DNA from: Zootoca vivipara
Taxonomy: Eukaryota
Length of the DNA stretch: 64,000 nucleotides
Direction: 5' to 3'
NCBI RefSeq assembly: GCF_963506605.1
Contig: NC_083287.1
Coordinates: 27,652,001-27,716,000 of the forward strand
This document shows, piece by piece, positions 50,246 through 63,598 of the stretch (the first letter of the stretch is position 1; each line of letters begins with the position of its first letter). The notes below the pieces were generated by a model that was not told where the DNA came from, made no database searches, and saw nothing but the letters and a program-made list of their open reading frames with translations. The position numbers and the translations under genes are program-made.

Positions 50246-50592
50246 ACCAAGTTTCAAAGGTTATTTGATGTTAATAGATCATTGTTGTTTTGCTATTACT
50301 TTGTAAGTATCATCTTTTTCAGTTGGTCAACTTTGTAAAAGTTAGTAACATGACTTTTACATACATATTTACTAAGTAATGCTTTCTGTGTGAAATCAAT
50401 CCCAGTGCTACTTATTCATGTTATATTTGAGTTTTGTACTTTCATCTAAAATTGGTCACCTTCAAAGTTTAATTATTATTGTTTTTTTACATCGTAACAG
50501 CTCAGTGTATTTCAGCACACTCACATTGGCCGACTCCTGTGACATTTATATTCTTAATGATATTTTTTTTTCCCCTCTCTCTCTCATTATAG

Positions 50593-50790
<198 letters not shown>

Positions 50791-51406
50791 TGACAGCACA
50801 ATCTAAACAAAATGCTAACTCACTAACGATAGTATGTTGTATTTCCCTCTTCCTTTATGTAACTGAATGTCTTCTAGAATGGATGCTGTAATTGAAACTG
50901 ATTCTGGTTTTATCACTTAGTCATGCTGAATTTACCAGAAATTGTATAGGTCGAATACTTGCACATCCTACTTCTTTTATAGATCTAGCTTCCTAGAATG
51001 ATGAAGTTATTCTTATGGGCACATTTTGCTTGGGATGCATGTTATATATCTGCAATGCTAAGGGCTCTGATCTCCACCGGAGGTTACCTGGAATGATGGC
51101 CTTGGCCTTGCAGCAAGCAATGCATCAACATTATATGTTTTATGCTGCTAGACTGAGCAGTAAATTTACCCGTCTACAAATATAATTACTCAATGAAAAG
51201 GGCAATACAGATGCTCTGTGAAGAGCGCTACGAAGAGCTTTTGAGACGGACCTTCAAAGCTTATATGTCAATAGAGTTGTGCAACCCTGTCGCAATCCTC
51301 TCCACCCGGAGGGGGAAAAAAGCTTGTTTGATTTGAGCGATGATGTCTATTGAACACTTCTGGAAAAATACAGGTATTTGTAGGATAGGGGGCCTTGGGA
51401 GTAGTG

Positions 51407-51647
51407 CCGTGTTTCTCCAAAAATAAGACACTGTCTTATATTTATTTTTCCTTAAAAAAAACACATGGTGGCTTATTTTCAGGGGATGTCTTTTTTTTAT
51501 TAAGTATGGTACAGTTTAACCTACAAGGTTGAACTGTCTATCACTATGGCTTATTTTCGGGGTATGGCTTATTTTCGGAGCATGCCTTATTTTTTGGGGG
51601 GGGTATGGCTTATTTTCTGGGTATGGTTTATTTTCGGAGAAACACGG
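51407..51647. mobile_element. Tc2-like MITE
   Basis: TIRs CCGTGTTTCTCC(A/G)AAAATAA; internal GGCTTATTTTC repeats; TG/TA flanks. Confidence 0.82.
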
Positions 51648-53868
51648 TAGTAACAGAAGAAGCAAAATAATCTTGTAGGACTCTGGTGCTCATAATTCCA
51701 TATAACTGGGGATCTGTCAATGCCCTAGCCTGACTCTGACTTCTGAAATTTGTGCAGGCATCAGCCTTTGATTTTGCACTCCAGAGCCATGTTAGGTGTG
51801 ATCATGTTTTTTTAAAATACTACAATAAACTGAAAAATCGTGTACTCTACTAAATAGGGTACATTCTCAGAATTTAAAAAACTACAGTGGCACACATCTT
51901 AAGCTGATATGCCCAGCTCAGCATTTCTTTAACCATAAATTATGTTAATGGTGGTCTTTCTGAATACAATTGTTTTTCTTTAAATAGGCTTCAAAATTTA
52001 AAAATCGTGATGTTGCGAAACTACACTAATGAGAAATGTAAAATTTGCAAAATTCAAACTTTATGCCACTATTTTCTCTAAACAATGGCTTTTCCTTTAC
52101 TGTTGTTGTTTTTTTTTTAATGAAAATTGGGTGGTAAATTAGAATGGGTAGCATTCTTGGGCTGTTTTTTTCTGTTGATAACCTGCAGCAGTCACTTCTA
52201 TAAGTTAACACTGGGTAAAGAAGTACTGTAATGTGTGCCCCCCCCCAATTGCTTTGTTGATGATACACTTACAATTGCTTTTCTCCCTTTAGGGCTGGTT
52301 TAGATGTAACACTAAATGTTACATCTGTAGCATTATGAGAATAAGCCACAGAGAGCCTTAGTCTCATGTGCTCCCCTGCCCCCCCATCCTTCTCTGGCAA
52401 AGCCATGATGAGTTTAGAAGCTTCTACTTTAGATTAACTACAACTTTCCACTTCATCCACACCTGGACAAGCTGTGGTTAATCTTTACTATGATTTGTTA
52501 ATCCAACTTCAAACCATGGCTCATGTTGCTGTATTCTTTCAGCTATAGTTCACCTTAAAGTTTAAGGTTTAGATGACCACTAAATACAATGGAAGGCGGG
52601 GGGGGGGGACATGCAAAACTTAAGTTTCGCTGTAGCTCATTCTCGTAATACTAAACCTGGGTGGTCGATGTGGTTTCCGCTAAGTGTTGCTGGACTCCAA
52701 CTACCATCAGCATGAGCCAGCCTGGCCAGTGGTCAGGAATGATAGGAGTTGTAGTCCAAGAACCTCTACATTGGTGGAGGAAAGGATTTGAGAGAGTTGG
52801 CATTTGGGGCTTCTGACTCCACTTCTGCCTGGTTTTTGGATGTGGGCAGGTCACTCGCTTCTGCCTCATTCAGCAGTCTGTTTCCAATAAAGACCAACAA
52901 AATTACTCTGGGAACCTTACAAGCAGAACATGAGAGAATGCAGTTTCTTTGTTTGTCCCCAGCGAACTGATATCCAGAGCTATACTGCCTCTTGTAGGTC
53001 TCAAGGATTTTGAGTTGGGCATCTGTGGTTGGAACTTAATGGATGAAACCTTTTGGAGGCACTATGCAATTCTGAATGCCTGTTAAGAGTTATCTGTATT
53101 TGGGGCAGCATTTAATATGCCTTTACAGTGACATCATAATTCTGTTCATCATTGTGGAAAAGGATCCATTCACCAGCTTGGATCTATGAATTTGAACAAA
53201 TGGCCAAATCTGCACAATATGTTTTTTCACAGTAGGAAATTCAGCTTTTAATCTTGGTTTTATCCCACACACATTTTGTTGAATAAGCAGTATGTGTTTG
53301 TTTGGTTCAAGTATGAAGGGGATTCTTCCCCCCCCCCCCACAATAATGTAGGAGATAATACTTTTACATTGTTGCTGTGGAACTCTTTCTTGATCTTAGG
53401 ATCTTTCATTCACAGCCTAGTAACATTGTGAGTGTCTACAGATAAGATAACTTGAAGTAATGATCTTAATGGTCAGTTTTCTATGTGAATAAAATTCTGC
53501 TAATGAAGAGGCTAAACAACTGAGTTCCAATATACCTTTAATATTGTGGCTTATCCCATAGCATCATAACTTACTACATTGTTTGTCCCATGTATGTAGA
53601 CATGTGTAGATACTCATCTAGAACTCTTCAAGAATAAATGCAATAACAGTACTAGGTAAACTTGTATCCCATAATAAATATCACTCTCAGAAAATAGGAT
53701 TTCATGCTGGATTGTCTGGTGCACTTTGCCATGACAAATTATTGTCGCTTTCCTCACCCCCCACTTTTTAAGGACACCACGTTATCATGAATAGCCTCAC
53801 CTCAACACATGGTGGGCCCAGGTCCTTCCAAATTTGGATGTGCCCTTTTATTGGCTTAGATTGCTGAC

Positions 53869-54239
53869 TGTCACGACGCATCCCAGATAAGGAAGGCATA
53901 CGTGTAATAGTTAACTTTCTATTGGCAAGAGAAACACTGACAGCAGCTTCCATTGTGTTCCACACGCTTCTAACATCTAGACACCTGCCCACAGGTCTGG
54001 GCCCAATGGAGCAGTTGCAACAACAGGGGGGGCCCTCCCCTCTTCCAGCTTATATATCCTCCTCTGATGGGTTGCATGCCTGCGACCTGAGACTTCTCCT
54101 GCATGGAAGTCTTCGCTGCTGCTCCTCCTTTTCAAGCCTGTCCTGGTTCTAGGAGACAGTGGTGCAGGGGAAGGTGGGGAAACTACTGACCCATCCCACT
54201 CCCTCCTTCCCCAGCTCTTGCCTTGCAGGTGGTGTGACA
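53869..54239 (-). mobile_element. Possible solo LTR (Gypsy-like)
   Basis: TGTCAC...GTGACA termini, TATATAAG on the minus strand (~54050); no TSD seen. Confidence 0.5.
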
Positions 54240-55750
54240 CCCCATAAATCACTGCTCCCCTCTCCTGGGTTACTCCCCTTGTCCCTTGCCTTTGCCACAG
54301 ACTCTTCGGATCCCTGCCCTCCTTTTTTCCTGCCACTCTCTTCCTTCTCCAAAATGTACTCATGTTGGGAGATGAATGGCACCAGTAAGGTGTCTGTCTA
54401 TCTGCCTGCCTAAGTTTGCCTCTCTCCCTGTCTCCTTCCTCTCTTTGTCAAAGAAAACGCTGCAACAGCAGTATTTCAGGCCTCTTAGAAGTCTTGGGAA
54501 ACATTGTTCTCTAAAGCTCCTGAGTCCATGGAAATTTTTTAATACTTCCTGGCAGTTATTGTGTGGCCAGTTACTAATGCATCTCATTTTTGTGCATTTG
54601 GATTTTCATTTTAGGTTTGTTCTTGCTGCATTTTATTGTATTATCTGTCCATTGCTCATGTTAATGAACAGTGTTTAACTTTTAGTCTGTGTGATCTCCA
54701 ATTTGTATTGCTTTTTGGAGCATGGAGTGAAGATATAGTCCAGGAATTTTTTGATATTTCTCTTTTCTTGACTTTCCTGTCTTATCCAGAATGTTGTTGT
54801 CTTCCATATAAAATAAAGTTTAATAGACTCTGGAGTGCATCTTAGCCTTGTTCATTGTTCTCATCTTCACTCCAACCATCGAAAACAGAGTAATACTTCT
54901 GAGTCTCCCAGAAGGAATACTAAAACAGGGAAACTTTTACCTTTGCAGAAGTTATTCAAGAGGAACTCTGTACCTATGTGCATTGATATATTTTATGGTG
55001 ATGTTTGTGACTGAAATTAAATGATTTCGGTTACAATCTGTGCATGTAGATCTCATGGTACTCTTAATAGATGCCAGAATCAGTTTATAGCTGCCCTCTT
55101 ATTTCTGTAACATGTTAATTAATTCACACTGATCAAATAAATGTACATTGAGATTTGTTTCCTAATGAGGGTGCATTTAGAAGAAAGGGTTTTGCATCCT
55201 TCTGATATCCTGTGGGTAATTATATTCTAATTATATGGTATGGAGGATACTATAACTCAGTTCTGAAATTGTTCATTGGATCCAATTAATTGCATGCACA
55301 TAATGAAAGTTCACGATGAGGTTGACGGGCAGTGAGTTTAAGGAAACCTTTAACTCAATTTAATCCTAGCTTTTGTATTACAATAGAATTAGATTATAAC
55401 AAGGTTAGAAGCAGAGTATTGGCATGAGGTGGTTGCATGCAAGAAGAAAAAATATCTCTGCCCCTTACTATGGCTTATTTTATATGATTCTGCATATGCA
55501 ACATAAATGCATGCAGTTTCAGTATTTAGATACATACTTGCTCAACTTTTTACCAGTTTGTAACAGTACTATTTTGTGAATAGAATCAGTAACAGATTAC
55601 TAATACTTTCCTGCTCTGTATTATAAATGGCAGATGTCCATTTAACAAACGACAAAGATGGGGACCTCTCTCTCCACCTGCAAATAATAATGTAATAATA
55701 GGACAACTGTACTCCTGATTACTGGAGGCTTGGGCAGTACTCCCGCCCCC

Positions 55751-55751
55751 G

Positions 55752-55783
<32 letters not shown>
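55751..55783. repeat. (GTT)n microsatellite
   Basis: Direct reading. Confidence 0.96.
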
Positions 55784-55784
<1 letters not shown>

Positions 55785-57140
55785 GTTTTACTATCATTTA
55801 AATATTTTAAAAGTTGGGTTTTTTGTTTCTGTAAGCCTGCAATTTAGGATCGCACCTAAAGCCAAAATCTCATATAGTCAGAACAGATTGGGTGCAATAG
55901 CAGGTGGGATTGCAAAACTCATTTTCCCCAGAGGCCAGCCTCCTTTCCAAATTTGCCAAGCGCATGAAGCTGAATGTGTACAAGTTAAATGTAAGCTGTG
56001 AGCTTACTAGGTAGACAGATAGACGGAAGGATAGATGGACCGTTTTTTTAAAAAAACAACAACCCTGTACTATGCTTCCAAATATTACTTCAGATTTGCT
56101 GTGAACCAGTGCCTCTGCACTGAAAAGAGCTCACTTTGAGGACTCAACCTCTATCTAAGCAGACTAAATATACAATTGTAGTGTTGTATAACACACAATG
56201 GATGCAAGATTGAAACCAGACACAAAATCCTTTTCTCCTTCATCCCATGGTGTTCAGAGTATAGTTCCTTTCCAAGCAAAAACTTCAAAAACTGAAGTAT
56301 AAGAGTGTTCTTATCTGCAGCAAGAGCTATTTTTTTGTTTCTTTTTCATGTCAGATTGAAATTAATAACTGCCCCCCAGAGGAAGATGCATTTTTCAATT
56401 AACTACCATTCTCAGCTCCATGTTGGGCATGAAGAGGATGATAAATTGTAACTGGCACTATTCACTCATCCTAAATTTTACCTAGGGTTGTCAACTCTGT
56501 AAGTATCAAGTTTCCTGGGCAAAGGGGAACCAACACTTTGACAGAGATTGTGATATAATGATCTGTGCTGCACATGTAGCTGGTATGCTGTCAGAGCACT
56601 GACTCGATGGTAGAAGGGTTAACTGCTTTGAGGCCTTGAGGTGAGGGCTGATTCATAAGTCACTGAAGAGATGTGGGAACTGCATTCCCTGTGGTTTGGT
56701 CATGCAAACTTCTGTGAGTACCATGGGCATGGTTCTTTGCTCGTCCTGAGTCTCCTAGTAGCTCTTTCCAGCTTAAGCAGATATGATGGCGCCTCATAAA
56801 TAACTTCCATGACAATTCGTGTTTGAGGATGATGAGCCTTTACATCAACAAATGCAATTTGATAGAAGTTGATATGCAGGTTCATGAATCATCATGTTTG
56901 CTAACTCTTACTCTTGGGTTCTCCAGAACTTTCACATTACACAACAGTGCAGCGAATAAAAAAGTTCCCCAAAATTATGTACAGCAGTCAGTGATGTAGC
57001 CAGGGGCCAAAGTCTAGGGCCCCCAATGACTATCCTGAAACCAGATATGACGAGGCAAGCGGGTTCAGTGTCAGCAGCTGGTGCCATGTGGGCATGCTGG
57101 GTTCTACTGGGGCCTAGGATCTAAAATTTGCTAGATGTAC

Positions 57141-57604
57141 AACGCATCCCAATGTGCGGCAGATGCTGCCCATGTGGATCTGGGGAAGTGGAAACTATTG
57201 GCCACATACTTCTGCGATTCAGCTGCTACGAGGAGGTGTGAGGCAAGCTCATCCACATGACGCTGGCTGAGCGTCCTGGACGCTCAGACAATTTCTATAT
57301 AGAGTGGCTTCTTTCAGATGCTAACTCTAATGTGACAGCAAAGGTAGCCAAGTTCTGTGCTAGAGCCATAAAAATCCGAGCCAACCTAGTTAGTAGTGCC
57401 CAAAAATTTCAGGACACAGCCAAAGATGATCAATTGCTACCATTGCTCCCAAGCAGTGATACCTTCTTTTATCTAATTTTTTTTGTAATGGTTAAAGTGG
57501 TTTGTATTTATTGTTTATATTTTGGATTGTATTTTGGATTGTTTTATGTATATATGTGTATGCTGGTCGAGAACCGTAACAATAAACTAAACTAAACTAA
57601 AATC
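57141..57604 (+). mobile_element. RTE-X-like LINE 3' fragment
   Basis: CPCGSGEVETIGHILL knuckle, AATAAA plus (CTAAA)n tail, 10-bp TSD CTAGATGTAC. Confidence 0.75.
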
Positions 57605-58189
57605 CTAGATGTACCTCTGACGACAGAACACTATTTGGAAAGAACAAAAAGGAAGCAAAGGGTTGTGAGCTGTGTTGCTAAAGGTTGAAAGAAGAATGGG
57701 AAGTTATTAGAGTCCATGAGGAACTATAAAAATAGAGTTTGGTCACTTGCTAGGAATATGCTTTAGCTTATACTACCTGAGGATGTGGACAGATTGTTTG
57801 AGAGCCTGAAATAATATAGCAGCACCCTTGACCCTTGACCTTCTGTGCAATGAAAGGTGCAACAGGAGGGAATCTTTGTGCTTGAATCTTGGAAGTGGCT
57901 AATCACTCTTCAGGCTTGGTATAATTGCTTTAACGGAAGCAGTGTTACTATCCCTTATGAAAAAATGCATTTTATACACAGGGTATTCAAAGACAACTGG
58001 TTCAATGTTCCATTTAAAGTATTAGTGTAAACCGTCCATGTAAACATTACTGAGCCTTATGATCATTTTGAGATCCCCTCTGGTTAGTCACTAGCAAGGA
58101 TTCAGTTACTAGTAGCGATGCTTGAGGAATTCATTTGTTTGCGAGTTTCAGTATAGATTGACTTGATTTCCACATAAATTTTTGTGTGG

Positions 58190-58234
<45 letters not shown>

Positions 58235-58270
58235 TGAATTTATATACCACCCTATGCCCGGAGGTCTCAG
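58190..58270 (-). repeat. (TTA)n microsatellite at the tail of a short LINE 3' tip
   Basis: Direct reading, followed by TTTATATACCACCCTATGCCCGGAGG. Confidence 0.8.
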
Positions 58271-58774
58271 CTTTAATAATAGATTAATGCAGTAAGAGGA
58301 TGGAAAGGACTTATGCATGAACCTATGCAAAGCCAACACAGACTAGAAATAGACTGACCAAACCATCCTCAGTTGTCTGATATAAGAGGCAGGGCATTTT
58401 CAGTGGTGGCACCAACCTTCCTACCTGGGGGTATCTGCCAACCACCATCTCTTCCCATTTTCAAGTGAGCAGTGAAAATATTTTTGTTCTGGAAGCCATT
58501 TTATGATGAGTTTTTGCTTTATGCTGATGTTTTGGATTGTATGGTGCTGTTTTTTTATTGCTTTTAAGATTTGATTTTTGTTAATTATCTTTATCTTATT
58601 TGTGAAAATTTTTATATAAACACAATGCATCCACATTACTTTCCTGTAATGACTTGACTTGTAATGGAAACTGCTTTACTAGCTCAACAAAATGGACACA
58701 CATTCAAATTTTCTTTGCAGGAATTGTCTTTAATTAATATTAATATTGTAGCTGAAACTGTTTTTCTCCAACAG

Positions 58775-58807
58775 ACTCTACCTCCTTTAGGAGTTTCGCT
58801 TCCTGAG
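58775..58807 (+). CDS. DGKB: DGKB coding exon 13 (33 nt): TLPPLGVSLPE
   Basis: tttttctccaacag / GTGCGT, phase 0/0; resembles recalled human TLPTSGVSVPE following CPVVL. Confidence 0.85.
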
Positions 58808-59648
58808 GTGCGTAACATAAAAGTGTTAACAGATGCAAATAAAAGTTGTTTGGTGTTTTGACTTCCTGCCATAAAGTACATTTTGGGGCTGGCATAGTAG
58901 TTATGGCAGTCTGTATTTCTTGCAGCACTCCAAAAAGCAGAAGACCTGCACATTACATATTAAAAGAAGACTTTTTTTTATCAAAGGATAGACTACCCTA
59001 GACTGATCCTAAATTACTCACAGTTGAGATTAGATCGGAACTGTTGAAGTTTTAAAGGTCGTCCAGGGTTGATAACAGGGATAAGCAAGCCAGTAAGTTC
59101 TGCTTTGTACAGTTTTGGCAAGGACTCCATTCTGTTCCACCAAAGCTCAAGTAGAGTGTGATATCTGTAATGAATTCTGCTATCAGTGTGTGCAGAGACA
59201 GGTCTCTGCCCATGCTTGGAGACAACAGAGTGGCAGTACTGACATTCCCTGAGCGTGATGGAGCCTTCACAGCAAACAAGGTGTGAACAAGTGTGGTCCT
59301 TTGAACCACTCTGGACTGTTCCATATCTATTCTGAGACCACCCTAGTGGGTGGTCTTTTTTGGTACTCCGGGAGCTCTTCACAGACTAGGGTAGAGCTTG
59401 AGCAGCCACAATAATGTCCTCCAACCATATTAGACCTTGCCTTGTGAATACTGAACATGAGATATGGGTACAGCATGACATAGCAACTCACTTGGTTGTG
59501 CCATGCCTCATACGTTTCTGGAACTGGTTTAGGTCCTGGTACGTGAAGAATGCCCTGGATCCACTCAATGAATTCTGTCCCAGCCAAAAATCGTAGTTCC
59601 GATGTGGATTCTGGTTTGGGTGGAGCTCTGCTCTATTTCTAGGCAATT

Positions 59649-59778
59649 TCATAGAATCATAGAGTTGGAAGGAACTCTGGGGATCATCTCGTTTAACCCT
59701 CTGTGATGTAGGAATATGCAACTGTCCCATACAGGGATTGAACCTGCAACCACGCTCTAACCAACTGAGCTGTCCAGG
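59649..59778 (-). mobile_element. tRNA-Ile-headed CR1-tail SINE with anticodon arm deleted
   Basis: Colinear with 10914-11059 but lacks TTGGCATTATCAGCACC. Confidence 0.78.
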
Positions 59779-62546
59779 TTGAGCTATTGATAGCTAATAG
59801 GTGCATGAAGATCCTGTTCTTCAGAACTTTGCCTTCAGCATATTATAGAGGACCTTTGTTCTCATTTCTGGGACTTTATGAGTTGCATCACAAATGTTCC
59901 TGTGGTTTTTAGAGAATTTGAAATGGTGATGTTTAGATAATATGGTGGAGGAGAGGGGCAGAAACAGATTTCCCCTCATGTCTGTGTGAAATGGATTTTT
60001 TAAGCCAGCAGAGAAGACGTATACAGTCTTCCTGAACAAAATTCACTGGAAGTTTACACCATCAGCTAAACATCACTTTGGAAGAGCATCATCTGATTCT
60101 TCTGCCTTAACAAGATGAACACAACATTGTCATAGCAGTAAGAGGGCTGAACAACCTCTACTCCTTGAACATAAACAACATAAAATAGAGATCCGGTATA
60201 ATGGTACAATAGAATCTTTGTGTTGTAATGTCATTGTGCAAACTGGGACAGACCTAGAGCAACTCAGTGTATGTTTTTATAATTCCTATAAGGCCTATAA
60301 GGCCTTTTCTTGTCTGCATCAACGTCCATTTTATGCCCATGGGTAGAAGATCAACAGTTGATTGGACTTGTGAATGGGAGAATCCCGAGCAAGGAGAAGT
60401 TGTACTGGTGCATTCTCTTAATCTCTAACACTATATAGAATAACAGGAATAGGATATTGCTACCTAATCAGCCTCTAAGGGTGGCAATCAGGAATCCAAT
60501 GTCCTGTTGCAATACTTTTTGGATTTTCCCCCCTAGTCTAGAAGTTCATGGAGGAAACAGAATACCTTCACGTTGCGAGCCGTCAAAATGTGCATTAGTG
60601 TTTTATTGAGTAACTTTCACTCAGCATTGCCTGTGTCCATGAGACAAAATGATTACAGCCGCATCAATCATTTTGTATACCCTAATAAAATAGTCATAAC
60701 TAGAACATATATGCTACCCAGAAAATAAATATCTGCATTTTGCAGTGTCATTTATTTTCAATAAGTGTCAGCTTCACCTCCATTTTTATATAAGAATATC
60801 GCACAATCGCCCTGGGATTTTACATAGCTGTTGTTTTTGAAGGACATGCCAAATGTTGTTTGATCTCCTTATTTCAAGGTTTTAATATTTCAGTCCTGTA
60901 GTTCTACTGAAGAATTCTAACTGCAAAAGACAAACAAAAACCCTTTACTTAGGCAATGTTTACATCATCCCTTCTATTGAGATACTTGCCATTTCAGGCA
61001 AGTAAGATGAAAAGAATCTACAGGTAGAAATAACCTAGGATAAACAGATAAGGATTTAGCCAGCCAGCAATTATGCAAGTTATATGGAAAAGTGAAACAA
61101 TGATCTAGGAGTTCAATGAGGAGGAATAAACATTGATTTTTGTATTTGAAAACTGATTTGCAAATGTCACCTTTTATAAAAATAGTTGACACCCATTGCA
61201 AAGTATCACACCCCTAGGAAAATCAGCAAGATAAGCAGTGCTGGAGATGTGATAATGTTAAGGGTGACTTCCTCCGTGGTGCCCATTCTAATCCCATTCT
61301 AAACATTTTCCTAAGAAACCTTTGAATAGGAATGTGCTAGGAATTGCTTTACCTTTTGGATTCTGTAGTGATCTTGATTTGATTCTTGGGAGAGATAAGA
61401 AACAGATTTTATTTTTTAAAAAATAAAGCTCCCAAGGCAGCTTACGAAAGTTAAGAAACAATAAAATTATATACAATAAAGAACCTGAATACATATTTTA
61501 CTTAAAGATATATTTCAGTGGCCAAAAACCTAGTAGCTGAAAATTGGCTTCAGAACAAATCGACCTTAGGCTGCAATCCTAAATGCATTTATTGGGGGGG
61601 AAGCCCCATTGAACAAATTGGAGTTCACTGCCAAGCAAACATGCACGAGATTGTATTGCACATTAAGTTAAGTTAGCTTGTTAAATCATAAACACTTAAG
61701 GAACCTTCCACTGCATGAAAAAATAAATATTTATGAATTATCAGTCAGAATGCTATACACATGTACAGTATGTACAAAACTATCTGTCCTCTGTGTTACA
61801 TTTAGAAGGAATATAATATTCTCCTGAGATTTCAGGTGCCTTTGGTTTCTCTATTTGTAATTTGTTCTGTGCTTCATTTGTAGTTTCTGAACATTGGAAT
61901 AGAGGGGCGGCAAAGCGCATACTTGCAGATAGCGCTTCTTGTTAGCAGGCACACCTGATTTCCCTTTAACATAATAGGGGCCCAACTTAAAGTGAACTTA
62001 TTCAGACTGAAGCGACCACCATAGGTGATTAAAAAATGTCACAGCCTACCATTTTAAAAGACAACATAGCAAAAGATGACATACCTTTTTGTGATGTTTA
62101 TCTAGACCTGCATGGATTCTGGGGGGGCCTCAATATGATCTATATATTACTATTTTTTTTTTTTTTTGCAATTTTACCACCAGACTTGGTTCTTTTCTTT
62201 CTCTCTGCAGCAGCAGCAGCAGGAAAAAAAATCTGTCAGTGTTCCTTACTTTGCAACATTAGTTCTTTTTCTTTCTCTCCCCTCCCTCCCACCCCATCCC
62301 CGTTTTAAAAGCTGTAAATTGATCACGACAATTACGAATATTATTTCTGGCAGTCTGCATTTTTTTTCTGTGTTTATATGTGTTTTGTTACTATGAAGCA
62401 CAACACCTGCACAATTAATTTAGTTTAACTTAACGACAACAACAAGAAGCCAGTAGCATTACTGCCTACATCTGCATACTTTCCTCATGAATGTGCCTGT
62501 AGGAATATTTTTAGCAGCACAAAGTAGAGGTGTTTAATTAGTAGAG

Positions 62547-62685
62547 CAGGGGTAGCCAACATGGTGCCCTCTAGATGTCATTGGACTCTCAACTTCCATC
62601 ATACCTGACCATACGTCAGGCTGGCTTTGACTTATGTGAGTTTGCACCCAGCAGTTTCTGAAGGGCAGCATATTGGATTCCCCTG
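62547..62685. mobile_element. Older diverged hAT MITE
   Basis: CAGGGGTAGCCAAC...ATTGGATTCCCCTG ends. Confidence 0.6.
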
Positions 62686-62753
62686 CTCTCCTCATTGGAG
62701 CAGTTAGCTCTTGAATTGTCACTTCTTCCTTTAGGATATATATAGTCAAAGGA

Positions 62754-63598
62754 GGGACGCAGGTGACGCTGTGGTCCAAACCACTGAGCCTCTTGGGCTT
62801 GCCAATCGGAAGGTCAGTGGTTCAGATCCCTGCAACGGAGTGAGCTCCTGTTGTTGCTCTGTCCCAGCTCCTGCCAACCCAGCAGTTTGAAAGCATGACA
62901 GTGCAAGTAGATAAATAGATACCACTGTGGTGGGAAGGTAAACAGCATTTCCGTGCACTCTGGCTTCCATCACAGTGCCCCATTGCACCAGAAGCGGTTT
63001 AGTCATGCTGGCCACATGACCCAGAAAGCTGTCTGTGGACAAACACCGGCTCCCTCGGCCTGAAAGCGAGGTGAGCGCCGCAACCCCATAGTCGCCTTTG
63101 ACTCATAGCTGCCAAGTCCGGATCGTAAAGATCCGGGATCGGCAATGCGCGCACGACCGGAAGTTGCGTGACGCAACTTCCGGTGGCACTTCGCCCTTCT
63201 ATGGGCACCAGAAAATGGTGGCGCCAGCGCCGGAAGTCGCTTCCGCGCATGACCGGAAACACGTAAAAGCGACTTCCGGCGCAGGCGCCGCCATTTTCTG
63301 ATGCCCATAGAAGGGCGAAGCGCCACCGGAAGTCGCGTCACGCAACTTCCGGTCATGCGCGGAAGCGACTTCAGGCGCCGGCGCCGGCATTTTCTGGTGC
63401 CCATAGAAGGGCAAAGCGGCACCAGAAAAATGGCCGCCAGGAAGAATCGAATTTAAGGGACAATGCCGGGATTCTCTGCCAAACGGGAGACCGCCGGGAA
63501 ACGGTGAGAAAAAAGGGGGTTTCCCGGCGGATACGGGATACTTGGCAGCTATGCTTTGACTGGACTTAACTTTCCAGGGGTCCTTTACCTTTACCTTT
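62754..63598 (+). mobile_element. Sauria SINE interrupted by a hAT element
   Basis: GGGACGCAGGTGACGCTGTGG head, ACCTTT tail, TSD ATATAGT(C/G)AAAG. Confidence 0.92.
63104..63553. mobile_element. 450-bp CpG-rich non-autonomous hAT element
   Basis: Perfect 14-bp TIRs CATAGCTGCCAAGT/ACTTGGCAGCTATG and perfect 8-bp TSD CTTTGACT. Confidence 0.92.

Noticed and set aside
58970-59640. Endogenous bornavirus-like element (minus-strand frame ending near TAAAAAAAA)
   Set aside because: No recognisable viral motif, and the C-terminal pattern fits a hAT dimerisation domain better; only a database search would fully exclude it.
62999-63422. ORFs of 67-139 aa on both strands
   Set aside because: They arise from the palindromic GC-rich hAT element and SINE.
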